In this document: positions 50,666 through 60,259 of the stretch, piece by piece | Layout of the letters: each line of letters starts with the position of its first letter | Numbering within the stretch: the first letter of the stretch is position 1 | Assembly: GCA_965250285.1 (NCBI GenBank) | Contig: OZ252299.1 | Coordinates: forward strand, 1,472,001-1,536,000 | Direction: 5' to 3' | Length of the DNA: 64,000 nucleotides | Origin: Myxococcota bacterium | GTDB taxonomy: Bacteria > Myxococcota_A > UBA9160 > UBA4427 | Position numbers and translations under genes: made by a program | The notes under the pieces: model-generated | Seen by the model: only the letters and a program-made list of their open reading frames with translations | What the model was told of the DNA's origin: nothing | The model's database searches: none

Positions 50666-52717
50666 ATGAGCGAATCTCCGCCCCGTACGGGCGGGCCCGA
50701 GCCCGAGGCCCCGCCGAAGAAGCCGACGCTCGCCGAGCGCGTCGAGGCGCTGCCGACGGGGCCGGGCGTCTATCTCTTCAAGAGCGAGCGCGGCGCCGTG
50801 CTGTACGTCGGCAAGGCCCAGAACCTGCGTCAGCGGGTGCGGCAGTACGTCTCGGGCGGCGACGGTCGTCACCAGATCCCGAAGCTGATGCGCCGGGCGA
50901 CCGACGTCGACGTGCTCGTCACGAAGAACGTGAAGGAGGCGCTGCTCCTCGAGAACGAGCTGATCAAGCGCCACAAGCCGACGTTCAACGTGCGTCTGCG
51001 CGACGACAAGCAGTACCTCGGCCTGCGCATCGATCCGGGTGAGACGTGGCCGCGTCTCGTCGGTGTGCGCAAGTTTCGCAAGGACGGCGCGCTCTACTTC
51101 GGCCCGTACACGTCCAACGTGGCGCTGCGTGAGGCGCTCTCGAACCTGCGCCGCATCTTCCCTCTGCGCTCGTGCAGCGACGGCACGTTCCGCGACTACC
51201 AGCGTCGCGGTCGACCCTGCATCGAGTACGAGATGAAGCGATGCCTCGGGCCGTGTGTCGGGCACACGACCGAAGCGGCGTACCGCGAGCAGGTCGACGG
51301 CACCGTGCTGTTCTTGAAGGGGCGCTCGAAGGAGCTCGTCCAGAATCTCGAGACACAGATGCAAGCGGCTGCCAAAGAAGAGGATTTCGAGGAGGCCGCG
51401 CGGCTGCGCGATCGGCTCCAGGCGATCGGACGCACGCTCGAGCAGCAGCAGATCGTGAGCGAGCACCAGCTCGAGCGCGACGTGTTCGGCCTCGCACGCG
51501 AGGGCGGCGAGGTCGAGGTGCAGGTGCTCCACGTCCGCGAAGGGCGCGTCGTGGGCGCCGAGGATTTCGGCTTCTCGGACGTCGCCCTCGACGACGGCGC
51601 CGTGATCTCGTCGTTCCTCGGGCAGTACTACGGCAAGGTCGAGGGACGGCAGGCACCGAAGGAGCTCGTCTGTAGCGAAGGAATGGATGCGGACGATGCC
51701 GCGGCGCTCACCGAGCTGCTCGCCGAGCGGTTCGAGCGCAGCGTTTCGATCCGCGTGCCGAAGCGGGGCGCGGCACGTCAGCTCGTCGAGACCGCGACGC
51801 GAAACGCCGAGGTGGCCCTCAAGACGCGGCTCGAAGCGAGGGAGAGCGTCGAGACGGCGCTGGCCGAAATTCAGGAGGCCTGCTCGCTCGGCACGCTGCC
51901 GCGGCGCATCGAGTGCTACGACGTCTCGAACCTCGCGGGCACGTTGGCCGTCGCGAGCCGCGTCGTGTTCGAGGACGGCGCGCCGGTCAAGAACGACTAT
52001 CGCAAGTACAAGCTGCGCGAGGCGGCCGCCGGCGACGACTACGACTCGCTCCGCGAGACGCTGCGACGCCGACTCGATCGCGTCGAGACCGAGCCGCTGC
52101 CCGACCTGCTGATGGTCGATGGCGGCCGAGGGCAGCTCGGGATCGTCGCCGCTGCGATCGAGGATGCGGGACTCGACGTCGAGCTGGTGGCCATCTCGAA
52201 GGAGCGGGACGACGACAGCCCGAGCGTCCGCGTGAAGCGGGGCGGAGGGCTGAAGGCCGAACGGCTGTTCCGTCCGGGTCGGGCGAATCCGATCCTGATG
52301 CCGCCGAGCTCACGCGGGCTCCTGCTCTTGCAGCGCGTGCGCGACGAGAGCCACCGCTTCGCGATCGAGTACCAGCGGCGGCTGCGCAGCCAGGTGAACC
52401 TGACGTCGATCCTCGAAGAGCTGCCCGGGATCGGGCCGGGCAAGCGACGGGCGCTGCTCAAGGAGCTGGGCTCGCTGCGCGCCGTGCGCGAAGCCGGGGT
52501 CGACACGCTTGCGCAGGTGACCGGCATCTCGCGCCGCAACGCCGAGACGATCCACGAGTTCTTCGCCGCGGCCTCGCCCGAGGGTGTGCCCGCGGCCGAC
52601 GCCGAATCGGTGTCGGCCGAAGGCGGGGCGCCGCGGGCGTCCGCACCGGGGGCCGCGGGCACGAGTGGGGATTCGCGCGACGGCATCAAGCACGCAGGTC
52701 GCGAAGCCGAAGAGTAG
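50666..52717 (+). CDS. uvrC: Excinuclease ABC subunit C
   Basis: GIY-YIG-like PGVY..LYVGKA, RIECYDVSN, DGGRGQ, RDESHRFA and HhH GIGPGK motifs. Confidence 0.96.
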   Translation: MSESPPRTGGPEPEAPPKKPTLAERVEALPTGPGVYLFKSERGAVLYVGKAQNLRQRVRQYVSGGDGRHQIPKLMRRATDVDVLVTKNVKEALLLENELIKRHKPTFNVRLRDDKQYLGLRIDPGETWPRLVGVRKFRKDGALYFGPYTSNVALREALSNLRRIFPLRSCSDGTFRDYQRRGRPCIEYEMKRCLGPCVGHTTEAAYREQVDGTVLFLKGRSKELVQNLETQMQAAAKEEDFEEAARLRDRLQAIGRTLEQQQIVSEHQLERDVFGLAREGGEVEVQVLHVREGRVVGAEDFGFSDVALDDGAVISSFLGQYYGKVEGRQAPKELVCSEGMDADDAAALTELLAERFERSVSIRVPKRGAARQLVETATRNAEVALKTRLEARESVETALAEIQEACSLGTLPRRIECYDVSNLAGTLAVASRVVFEDGAPVKNDYRKYKLREAAAGDDYDSLRETLRRRLDRVETEPLPDLLMVDGGRGQLGIVAAAIEDAGLDVELVAISKERDDDSPSVRVKRGGGLKAERLFRPGRANPILMPPSSRGLLLLQRVRDESHRFAIEYQRRLRSQVNLTSILEELPGIGPGKRRALLKELGSLRAVREAGVDTLAQVTGISRRNAETIHEFFAAASPEGVPAADAESVSAEGGAPRASAPGAAGTSGDSRDGIKHAGREAEE

Positions 52718-52739
52718 GGGGAACCTGCGGAGATTCCCG

Positions 52740-53702
52740 TTGCTTCGCCGAAGACGCCCCCACGCCCCGAGGCACCGTCGCGCGTCGAGCTCGCCGGACC
52801 GGTCGGCTGCCGCCGCACCGGCCGCGCGTCGCGTCGCGCTCCTTCTGCTCGCGAGCCTCGTCGCCCTGGCGGCGCCCGCCGCGCAGGCCGAGGTGTACCG
52901 ATGGGTCGACGATCAGGGCCGTCTGCACTTCGCATCCGATCTCAATCAGGTGCCGCCGCAGTATCGGCGCGCGGCCGACGCGTCGGCGAAGGCGACCGCC
53001 AAACCGGCCGAACAGCCGCGGGTCCAGACCTTCAGCGCGCCGGCGCGCATCGATGATCAGCGCGCGAGCACGTCCGCGGCGCCCGGCGACAGCGGCAAGA
53101 CCCACCGCATTCGCGTCAAGCGGGCCGGGAGCTCGATGCGGGCGACCGTCCTGATCAACAATCGCGTGAAGGTGCCGTTCATTCTCGATACCGGGGCATC
53201 CGACGTCGTTCTGCCCGAGTGGGCGGCGGACGAACTCGGGCTCGACCTTTCCAACGCGCGCACCGCGCTCTACCGCACGGCCAACGGGGTCATCTCTTCG
53301 AAGATCACGCAGCTCGATTCGGTCAAGCTCGGCACCGCCGAGGTGCGTGGCGTGCCGACGAGCATCAGCACCTCGATGCAGACGGGCCTGCTCGGGCTCT
53401 CCTTCTTCAATCACTTCAAGTACGACTTCGACCCGGCATCGGGCGTCGTGACGCTGGTCGAAAACGACCTGGCCGAGTCGGGGAAGCTGCGGGGCGGTCG
53501 CAGCCAGGGCCAGTGGGAGTCACAGTTCCGCGCCATGAACGCACGCATTGCGCGGGGCGAGGAGCTGCTCGACGACATCCCGTTCGGACGGACGCGCAAG
53601 CGGGCCCGCTACGAAGAGGCCCTCGCCGAGCTTCGGCGCGAGCTGAAGCTGCTGCACACCGAGGCCGACGGCGCCCGGGTGCCGTACTCCTGGCGCAACT
53701 GA
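52740..53702 (+). CDS. Exported retropepsin-like (clan AA) aspartic protease with a DUF4124-like N-terminal domain
   Basis: AQAEVYRWVDDQGRLHF, FILDTGAS, TANG and LLGLSFF motifs; start uncertain. Confidence 0.85.
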   Translation: MLRRRRPHAPRHRRASSSPDRSAAAAPAARRVALLLLASLVALAAPAAQAEVYRWVDDQGRLHFASDLNQVPPQYRRAADASAKATAKPAEQPRVQTFSAPARIDDQRASTSAAPGDSGKTHRIRVKRAGSSMRATVLINNRVKVPFILDTGASDVVLPEWAADELGLDLSNARTALYRTANGVISSKITQLDSVKLGTAEVRGVPTSISTSMQTGLLGLSFFNHFKYDFDPASGVVTLVENDLAESGKLRGGRSQGQWESQFRAMNARIARGEELLDDIPFGRTRKRARYEEALAELRRELKLLHTEADGARVPYSWRN

Positions 53703-53884
53703 GCGCCTCGGTTCTTCCGTCGACGGCTGCTCCCCACTTCGATCCATCTGGAATCTTCCGCGGCGAAGAGACGCTTTGCCCACGATGGGAAGCGCACTAC
53801 CGCTTCTCGAGGCGTGTGGAACGCAATTGCCCTCCGAGCGGCGACTCAGCGCCACGAGAACGCTGGCGCTTCGCGCGCCCGCGC

Positions 53885-53899
53885 TGGCATCGAACTTGC
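53885..53899 (+). promoter_or_regulatory. Sigma-54 -24/-12 promoter
   Basis: TGGCATCGAACTTGC, a near-consensus TGGCAC-N5-TTGC about 95 nt upstream of the ATG at 53994. Confidence 0.65.
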
Positions 53900-53993
53900 G
53901 ATTCGAACCGAATCGAAGACGAGCGCTGCATCCCGCGCAGCGTGTGCGTGGCCCCGGTGGTGGGGCCTCGCTGCGGACGATTCGGAGGCAAGC

Positions 53994-54389
53994 ATGCGCA
54001 TCCCGTGGCGCAGATCGACGGACACGGAAGGGGGCGACCGCGCGGCGGCGTCCGAGATCGAGACGCTGTCCGATCTCCTGTTGCAGCGCGGCGTGAGCCC
54101 AGAAGACGCCCGGCCCCTCGCGCAGCGGCTCGCGGGCCAGCTGAAGGCGCGCCCCCGCAGCGGACGCGAGGCGTTCGTCGACGGCGTCGCGGCGAGCTGG
54201 CACGCATCGTCGGAGACCCGGGCTCGACTCGACAAGTCGGCGTCGGACATCAAGGAGGTGGAGCGCCTGATGGGCGCGTTCACCGGCGAGCTCTCGAAGC
54301 TCGACGAAGTGCTCGAGGTGCTGGCCGCCTACGTCCGGCGCATGCGTACGTCGAAGCGTGAGACCTCCGAGGGGCAGACGCTCCACTGA
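53994..54389 (+). CDS. Hypothetical helical/coiled-coil protein
   Basis: GGAGG RBS, coding-like codon usage, heptad-like C-terminal half. Confidence 0.7.
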   Translation: MRIPWRRSTDTEGGDRAAASEIETLSDLLLQRGVSPEDARPLAQRLAGQLKARPRSGREAFVDGVAASWHASSETRARLDKSASDIKEVERLMGAFTGELSKLDEVLEVLAAYVRRMRTSKRETSEGQTLH

Positions 54390-54456
54390 CGCACGGCGCG
54401 CCCCGAGCGCGCGCGTCCTCTTCATCCCCGGTCCCGGCGAGTGAACGCCGGTGCAC

Positions 54457-57072
54457 ATGTGGCTGCTTGCTGTCGTCGCCGCCCAGGCGGGCGGCGTCGT
54501 TGCGGCGGATGCGGGCTTCGCGTTCGGTGCGCCCGCGTGCGTCGGCGCGAGCTTCGCGCTGTGCGCGGCGGCGGCGCTCACCCGATGCCGAGCGAGCGTG
54601 GCGGCCTCGGCGCTCGGGGCAGCGTTCTTCGCGGTGGGGGGCCTGGCCTTCGAGCGCGCGGGCGCGCTGGAAAGCGAGCCCGTGGCCTGGCCGAGTGGTG
54701 CGCGGACGACCCTCGACGCAAGCGTCGTCGACGTGGACCGCGGGGCGACGGGCGTGCGCGTCTTGCTGGACGACGTCGTGGGCGACGAAGCCGGCGCGGT
54801 CGATGTGCTGCCCCTCGGCCGAGCGCGGTTGCGTCTCTTCGTCGACGCAGGCGATCCGGCCGCGCGCTGGTTCGCGGCCCGTCGAATCGGCGAGCGGGTC
54901 CGGGTGCGCGCCGCGCTGCGCGCCCTCGACGGACCGCGTAATCCGGGCGCACCGGACCGAGCGCGCCACGCCCGGCGTCGCGGCGTGTGGGCCGATGCAT
55001 CACTCGCTCATCCCCATGCCTTCGTCTCGCTCGCCCCGGCACCGTCCCATCGCAGCGAGACGACTGCGCTGCCCGGGCGCGTGCACCGGACGACGACGGT
55101 CGAGCGTCTCGAGCGGCTCGGGCCCGGGGGCGCCCTGCTGGCCGCGCTGGGCCTCGGCGAGGCCGAAGCGCTCGACCCGCGCGTGCGCGACGCGATGGAG
55201 CGGCTCGGTCTCTCGCACCTCGTCGCGGTGTCGGGGCTCCACCTCGCGCTGGTCGCAGCGCTCGTCTTCGGATTGGCCGGTCGGGCGATTCGGCTCGGTG
55301 GCCTGGCGTCCCTCCTCGACCCGGTGCCGTTTCAGGCGTCGGCCGCGCTCGGCGCGGCGCTGCTCTACGCGGTGCTCAGCGGGCTCGGCGTGCCCGTGCG
55401 CCGAGCGTGGGTGCTGCTGGTGTTCGCCGTGGCGCTGCATGCGATGGGTCGACGCTCGGCCTGGCTCGCGGCCTGGTGCTGCGCGGCGTCGGTCGGGCTG
55501 GCCCTCGACCCGGCGGCGCTCTTCGAGCTCGGCCCCCAGCTCTCCTTCGGCGTGACGGCTGCGCTCGCATCGGCCCGCCTCGATGATCGCGATCTGGCAC
55601 CCGGTGATGGCGGCATCATCGCAAGGCTCTGTGCGAGTGCGCTGCGGCTGCTGGCGGTGAGCGCCGTTGCGCTGGCCGCGAGCGCGCCGCTGCTCGCCGC
55701 GCACGCGCGAGTGAGCTCGTCGTGGGCGCTCCTCGCGAACGTCGTCGCCGTCCCCCTCACGGCCGCGGTGCTGTTGCCTCTCGCGCTCGCGGCTTCGGCG
55801 ACGGCTGCGTTCCTTCCTTCCAGCGCGGCGAGTGAGGCGTTCCTCGCCGCGGCGGCTGCGGTCGCGCACGCATTCGAGGCCGGGGTCTGCGCGATCGCCG
55901 AGCGACTCGGCCCGCTCCCGCGGAGCGGTCGACCGAGCGGGTTCGCGCTCGGCCTCGCCGGACTGTGTGTCTTGGCTTGCGTGCGCGCCCCGACCACTGC
56001 GCTGCGCAGCGTCGCGGCTCTCGCATGCCTCTTCGTGGTGGGCTCTCGGGGCGGGCCCGGTGTCGAGATGGACGCGGCACCCCACGCCGCCGAGCTGATC
56101 GCGCTCGACGTCGGTCAGGGGGATGCACTCATCGTGCGAGACGCGAACACGGCGATCGTGGTCGACGCGGGCTGGGCCGATCCCGACGGCGGCTTCGACG
56201 CGGGCGAGCGCATCGTGCTGCCGGCCCTCGCGACGCTCGGCATCGACCGGCTCGATCTGCTCGTCGTCACACACGCCGATCTCGATCACCTCGGCGGCGC
56301 CGCCGCGCTCCTCGAGGTCCTGCCGGTCGACCGCGTATGGGTGCCCGCGCCGTACGCGGGTGCGGCCGCGTTCGATGCCTTGCGCCGCCTCGCGCGTGGG
56401 CGCGGTGCGCGCTTCGAAGGCCGAGGGCGAGAGGACGGCGGGGCCTCGTTCGGGGCGATCGCCATCGACGTGCTGTGGCCACCGCGCGGTCACGAAATCG
56501 GTGACCGAAACGAGTCTTCGCTCGTACTGCGTGTGGGCGCGGGCGAAGTGCACGCACTGCTGATGGGGGACGCCGGCTTCGAGACCGAGCGATCGCTTCT
56601 GGGCGCGCCCGCGCAGCTCCGCGCCGATGTGTTGAAGCTCGGACACCACGGCAGCCGGACGGCGACGAGCGCGGCCTTCCTCGCCGCCGTCGACCCCGAC
56701 TGGGTCATCGTGTCGGCAGGCTGCCGGGTCGGCCGCGCGCTGCCGCACGTCGACACGTTGGGACGCGTGACGCGGTCGGGGGCGCAGCTGCTCTGGACCG
56801 GGCGCGACGGCGCCGTCGGTCTTGCGCTCGAGTCGCCTGCAGCGCGCACGGAGCTCGGCGCCGGACGTGGCGTGCGCCGCTGTCGTGCGTCACCCGAAGC
56901 GCGCGCCGCATGGCCGCTCGGTCGGGTCCCCCGCGCGCGAGGCGATTCGCGCGCGGCGCCGGGCGCGTTGCCGCTGAATGACCCGTCTCGTAGAGTCGAA
57001 CGCTCGGGGAACGCCGGGGATCGAATCGGTGTCGGAGCCCCCGGATCGCGCTTGACCCGGGCCCGTCGGTGA
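54457..57072 (+). CDS. comEC: DNA internalization competence protein ComEC/Rec2
   Basis: HLVAVSGLH, QLSF, ALDVGQGD, THADLDH and GHHGS motifs. Confidence 0.9.
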   Translation: MWLLAVVAAQAGGVVAADAGFAFGAPACVGASFALCAAAALTRCRASVAASALGAAFFAVGGLAFERAGALESEPVAWPSGARTTLDASVVDVDRGATGVRVLLDDVVGDEAGAVDVLPLGRARLRLFVDAGDPAARWFAARRIGERVRVRAALRALDGPRNPGAPDRARHARRRGVWADASLAHPHAFVSLAPAPSHRSETTALPGRVHRTTTVERLERLGPGGALLAALGLGEAEALDPRVRDAMERLGLSHLVAVSGLHLALVAALVFGLAGRAIRLGGLASLLDPVPFQASAALGAALLYAVLSGLGVPVRRAWVLLVFAVALHAMGRRSAWLAAWCCAASVGLALDPAALFELGPQLSFGVTAALASARLDDRDLAPGDGGIIARLCASALRLLAVSAVALAASAPLLAAHARVSSSWALLANVVAVPLTAAVLLPLALAASATAAFLPSSAASEAFLAAAAAVAHAFEAGVCAIAERLGPLPRSGRPSGFALGLAGLCVLACVRAPTTALRSVAALACLFVVGSRGGPGVEMDAAPHAAELIALDVGQGDALIVRDANTAIVVDAGWADPDGGFDAGERIVLPALATLGIDRLDLLVVTHADLDHLGGAAALLEVLPVDRVWVPAPYAGAAAFDALRRLARGRGARFEGRGREDGGASFGAIAIDVLWPPRGHEIGDRNESSLVLRVGAGEVHALLMGDAGFETERSLLGAPAQLRADVLKLGHHGSRTATSAAFLAAVDPDWVIVSAGCRVGRALPHVDTLGRVTRSGAQLLWTGRDGAVGLALESPAARTELGAGRGVRRCRASPEARAAWPLGRVPRARGDSRAAPGALPLNDPSRRVERSGNAGDRIGVGAPGSRLTRARR

Positions 57073-57242
57073 TCAGAGTGCTCGCCAGAGAGATCACGGG
57101 CGATGCGCTCTGCAGGAACGGGGTCGAGTTCGAGACGCATGCACGCAGAATGCGGACACGCCGAAGCAGCGGACGGGTCGATGGCTCGGCCGAGCACGCG
57201 CGAACGCGTGCCGAGCGCGCAACGAAAAGAGTGGAGGAACAC

Positions 57243-58220
57243 ATGAGCGTCGGAGTGGATTGGACCTCGCGCGTCAAGGACGAAGTGCAGCGCGCGGTGA
57301 TCGGCCAGGACGAGGTGATCGAACGCCTCCTGGTGGCGCTGCTGGCCGACGGGCACGTGCTCCTCGAGGGCATGCCTGGACTCGCGAAGACGCTGCTCGT
57401 GAAGTCGCTCGCAAGTGCGATGGGGCTCGACTTCGAGCGCGTGCAGTTCACGCCGGATCTGCTGCCGAGCGACGTCGTGGGCACGATGGTGTTTCAACCG
57501 AACGATGGCACCTTCAAGACGCACCTCGGACCGGTCTTCGCGCAGCTCGTGCTCGCCGACGAGATCAACCGCGCGCCGGCCAAGGTGCAGAGCGCGCTGC
57601 TCGAAGCGATGCAGGAGCGACAGGTCACGGTCGGCGGCGACAGCCATCAGCTGCCGGCGCCGTTCTTCGTGATGGCGACGCAGAACCCGGTCGAGCAGGA
57701 GGGCACCTACCCGCTGCCCGAAGCACAGAGCGACCGATTTCTCTTCAAGCTGCTGGTGGACTACCCGAGCGAGCGCGCCGAGCGTGAGATGATGGAGCGT
57801 TGGGGCGACGTGACCGATGCGCCCATGGTGCGCGCCGTTTCGAACGGCGATGAGTTGCTCGCCCTGCGCAACGCGGTCGCCCAGGTGCACGTAAGCGAAC
57901 CGCTCAAGGCCTACATGCTCGCGCTGGTGCGGGGCACCCGAGAGCTCGTCGGCGACCCGGCGTCGAGCTCGGCCGACAAGCCGTTGTCGTTCGGCGCGTC
58001 GCCGCGCGCCTCCCTCGCGCTCTTTCAGACCGTGCGCGCGCTGGCGTGGATGCGTGGCTTCGACCACGCGACGCCCGATCTGGTTCAGGAGATCCTGCCC
58101 GATGCGCTTCGGCATCGGGTCGGGTTGACGTACGAAGCCGAGGCCGAAGGGCTCACGGCCGATGACGTGCTGCGGGGTCTGGCCGATCGCATCGCGATCC
58201 CGACCGAAGCGGCGGCTTGA
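57243..58220 (+). CDS. moxR: MoxR-family AAA+ ATPase
   Basis: LEGMPGLAKT, QFTPDLLPSD, DEINRAPAKVQSALLE and LPEAQSDRF motifs. Confidence 0.95.
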   Translation: MSVGVDWTSRVKDEVQRAVIGQDEVIERLLVALLADGHVLLEGMPGLAKTLLVKSLASAMGLDFERVQFTPDLLPSDVVGTMVFQPNDGTFKTHLGPVFAQLVLADEINRAPAKVQSALLEAMQERQVTVGGDSHQLPAPFFVMATQNPVEQEGTYPLPEAQSDRFLFKLLVDYPSERAEREMMERWGDVTDAPMVRAVSNGDELLALRNAVAQVHVSEPLKAYMLALVRGTRELVGDPASSSADKPLSFGASPRASLALFQTVRALAWMRGFDHATPDLVQEILPDALRHRVGLTYEAEAEGLTADDVLRGLADRIAIPTEAAA

Positions 58221-58230
58221 GGCGAAGGCG

Positions 58231-59118
58231 ATGAGGCTCGCGGCGAGTCAGCCTGTCCTGCGTCAGCTCGAGTGGCGCGTCCGAAACGCGGCCGACGCGG
58301 CCATCTCGGGCGACTACCGCACCGCGTTTCGCGGGCGTGGGCGCGAGTTCGATCAGGTCGTCCGCTACGAGTGGGGCGACGACGTCCGCGACATCGACTG
58401 GAACGTGACCGCCCGGCTCGGGGAGCCATACCGCAAGAAGTTCGTCGAAGAACGCGAACTCACGGTGGCGCTGCTCGTCGAGGATTCACCCTCTCTTGCC
58501 TTCGGTTCGGGCGAACGCACCAAGCGTGAAGTGCTGCTCGAGATGGCGGGGCTCTTCTCTTTACTGGCCGCCGCCAACCGCGATCGCGTGGGCCTCTGGC
58601 ACGCGCGGCCCGAGGGCACCGAGGTGCACCGAGCGGAGCGCGGTCGCGCCCGCATCGTGCGTCGCGCGTCGGAGCTGCTGGCGACGCCGCCGCCCGAAAC
58701 GCGCCCCGGGGCCCCGAGCGAGGACATCGATTGGGTGCGCTTCTCGCACGTCTTCCAGCGGCACGCGGTCGTGGTCTGGCTCGGCGACTTTCCTCCCCGT
58801 GTGCCTCCTGCGCACTGGCGCGCGATGCGTCGGCGCTTCGAGGTGATCGGCGTGCGTGTGGATGATCCCTGGGAGCGCGCACTGCCCGAGAGCGGGCTGC
58901 TCTCGGTGGTCGACCCGGTGGGGGGTGAGCTCGTCCCCTTCGATCCGCGCTCCCGGTTGACGCGGCGGCGGCACGCCGAATGGCGAGCCGAGCGCGACCG
59001 CGCGTTCGATGAGCTGTTCCCGTCGAAGCTGCAGCAGCTGGTCGTGAGCACCGAAGACGATCCGATCGATGCCCTCGTCGGCTTCTTCCGCGCACGCATG
59101 CGGGCATTGGGCGTCTGA
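58231..59118 (+). CDS. DUF58 domain protein
   Basis: GRGREFDQVVRYEWGDDVRDIDWNVTAR and FVEERE motifs. Confidence 0.92.
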   Translation: MRLAASQPVLRQLEWRVRNAADAAISGDYRTAFRGRGREFDQVVRYEWGDDVRDIDWNVTARLGEPYRKKFVEERELTVALLVEDSPSLAFGSGERTKREVLLEMAGLFSLLAAANRDRVGLWHARPEGTEVHRAERGRARIVRRASELLATPPPETRPGAPSEDIDWVRFSHVFQRHAVVVWLGDFPPRVPPAHWRAMRRRFEVIGVRVDDPWERALPESGLLSVVDPVGGELVPFDPRSRLTRRRHAEWRAERDRAFDELFPSKLQQLVVSTEDDPIDALVGFFRARMRALGV

Positions 59119-59191
59119 TGGGCGTCGCGCTCGAACAGACGACCGTCGGCCCCGCGCATGCGCCGGACCGGTGTCCGCAAGGAGGCGCCTA

Positions 59192-60259
59192 GTGGAGCCG
59201 GGCCTCTTCGGCACGGGCTGGCAGCTCGCCGACCCGCTCTGGCTGTGCGCGCTCGCCGCGTTGCCGCTGGTGTATTGGCTGCGGGGCCGAAGGCCGCAGC
59301 GCGCTCTCGTCGTCCCGTTCGCCGCGCGTTGGGCGGGACGCGAACGCATCGAGCGCGCCGTCTGGGCCGAGGTCTGCATCTGGTTCGGACTCGTTCTGAT
59401 CATCATCGGGCTCGCGCGGCCCCAGGTGGTCGAGCAGCGACGCCAGGTCGAGAAGCAGGGCTATGACATCGTGCTGGCGATCGATCTGTCGCCGAGCATG
59501 CTCGCCGAAGACTACGAGGAGAACGGGCGTCGGCTGAATCGGCTGCAGGCGATCAAGCCGATCATCGAAGCCTTCACCGATCGGCGGTCGGGCGACCGAA
59601 TCGGCGTCGTCGTCTTCGGTGCCCGGGCATACACGCTGGCTCCGCTCAGCTTCGATCATCCGTGGCTGCGCCGACAGATTGCGCGGCTCAAAGTGGGGCT
59701 GGTCGAGGACGGCACCGCGGTCGGTGATGCGCTCGCGCTCGCGGTGTCGCGGCTCGGTCAGGCCGAGCGCCAGGAGGCCGGGCGTCGTCTCGGCGGCTTC
59801 GTGATCCTGCTGACCGACGGCGCGAACAACGCCGGGGCCGTCGAGCCGCTCGAGGCAGCGAAGCTCGCCGAGGCGAAGGGCATCCCGGTGTACACGATCG
59901 GCGCCGGGCGCGAAGGGCTGGTGCAGATGCCGGTCACCGATACCCAGGGTCGCGTGGTGACGTACCGCCGGGTGCGTTCGAGCCTCGACGAGCGCACGCT
60001 GCGCCGCATCGCCGACGAGACCGGCGGCAGCTACTTCCGTGCGCGTGACTCGGACACGGTCGAGGCCGCGTTCGCGGCGATCGACGCCGAGCGGCCGATC
60101 GAGTTCGACGCGAAATCGCACCTGCTGACCGAGGAGCGGTTCGGGGCCTTCGTCGCCCCCGGCCTGGTGCTCTTCGCGATCGGGCTGCTCGGCGCACGCA
60201 GGTCGGGCCGCACCGTCGAGGGCACGGGTGAAGCGTTCTTCGCGGAGGTGGGTCGATGA
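59192..60259 (+). CDS. VWA domain protein (BatA-like)
   Basis: LARPQ, MIDAS DLSPSM, TAVGDAL and LTDGANN motifs; GTG at 59192 after AAGGAGG. Confidence 0.9.
   Translation: MEPGLFGTGWQLADPLWLCALAALPLVYWLRGRRPQRALVVPFAARWAGRERIERAVWAEVCIWFGLVLIIIGLARPQVVEQRRQVEKQGYDIVLAIDLSPSMLAEDYEENGRRLNRLQAIKPIIEAFTDRRSGDRIGVVVFGARAYTLAPLSFDHPWLRRQIARLKVGLVEDGTAVGDALALAVSRLGQAERQEAGRRLGGFVILLTDGANNAGAVEPLEAAKLAEAKGIPVYTIGAGREGLVQMPVTDTQGRVVTYRRVRSSLDERTLRRIADETGGSYFRARDSDTVEAAFAAIDAERPIEFDAKSHLLTEERFGAFVAPGLVLFAIGLLGARRSGRTVEGTGEAFFAEVGR

Noticed and set aside
53817..53830. Second sigma-54 site TGGAACGCAATTGC
   Set aside because: GG-to-GC spacing is 9 rather than the required 10
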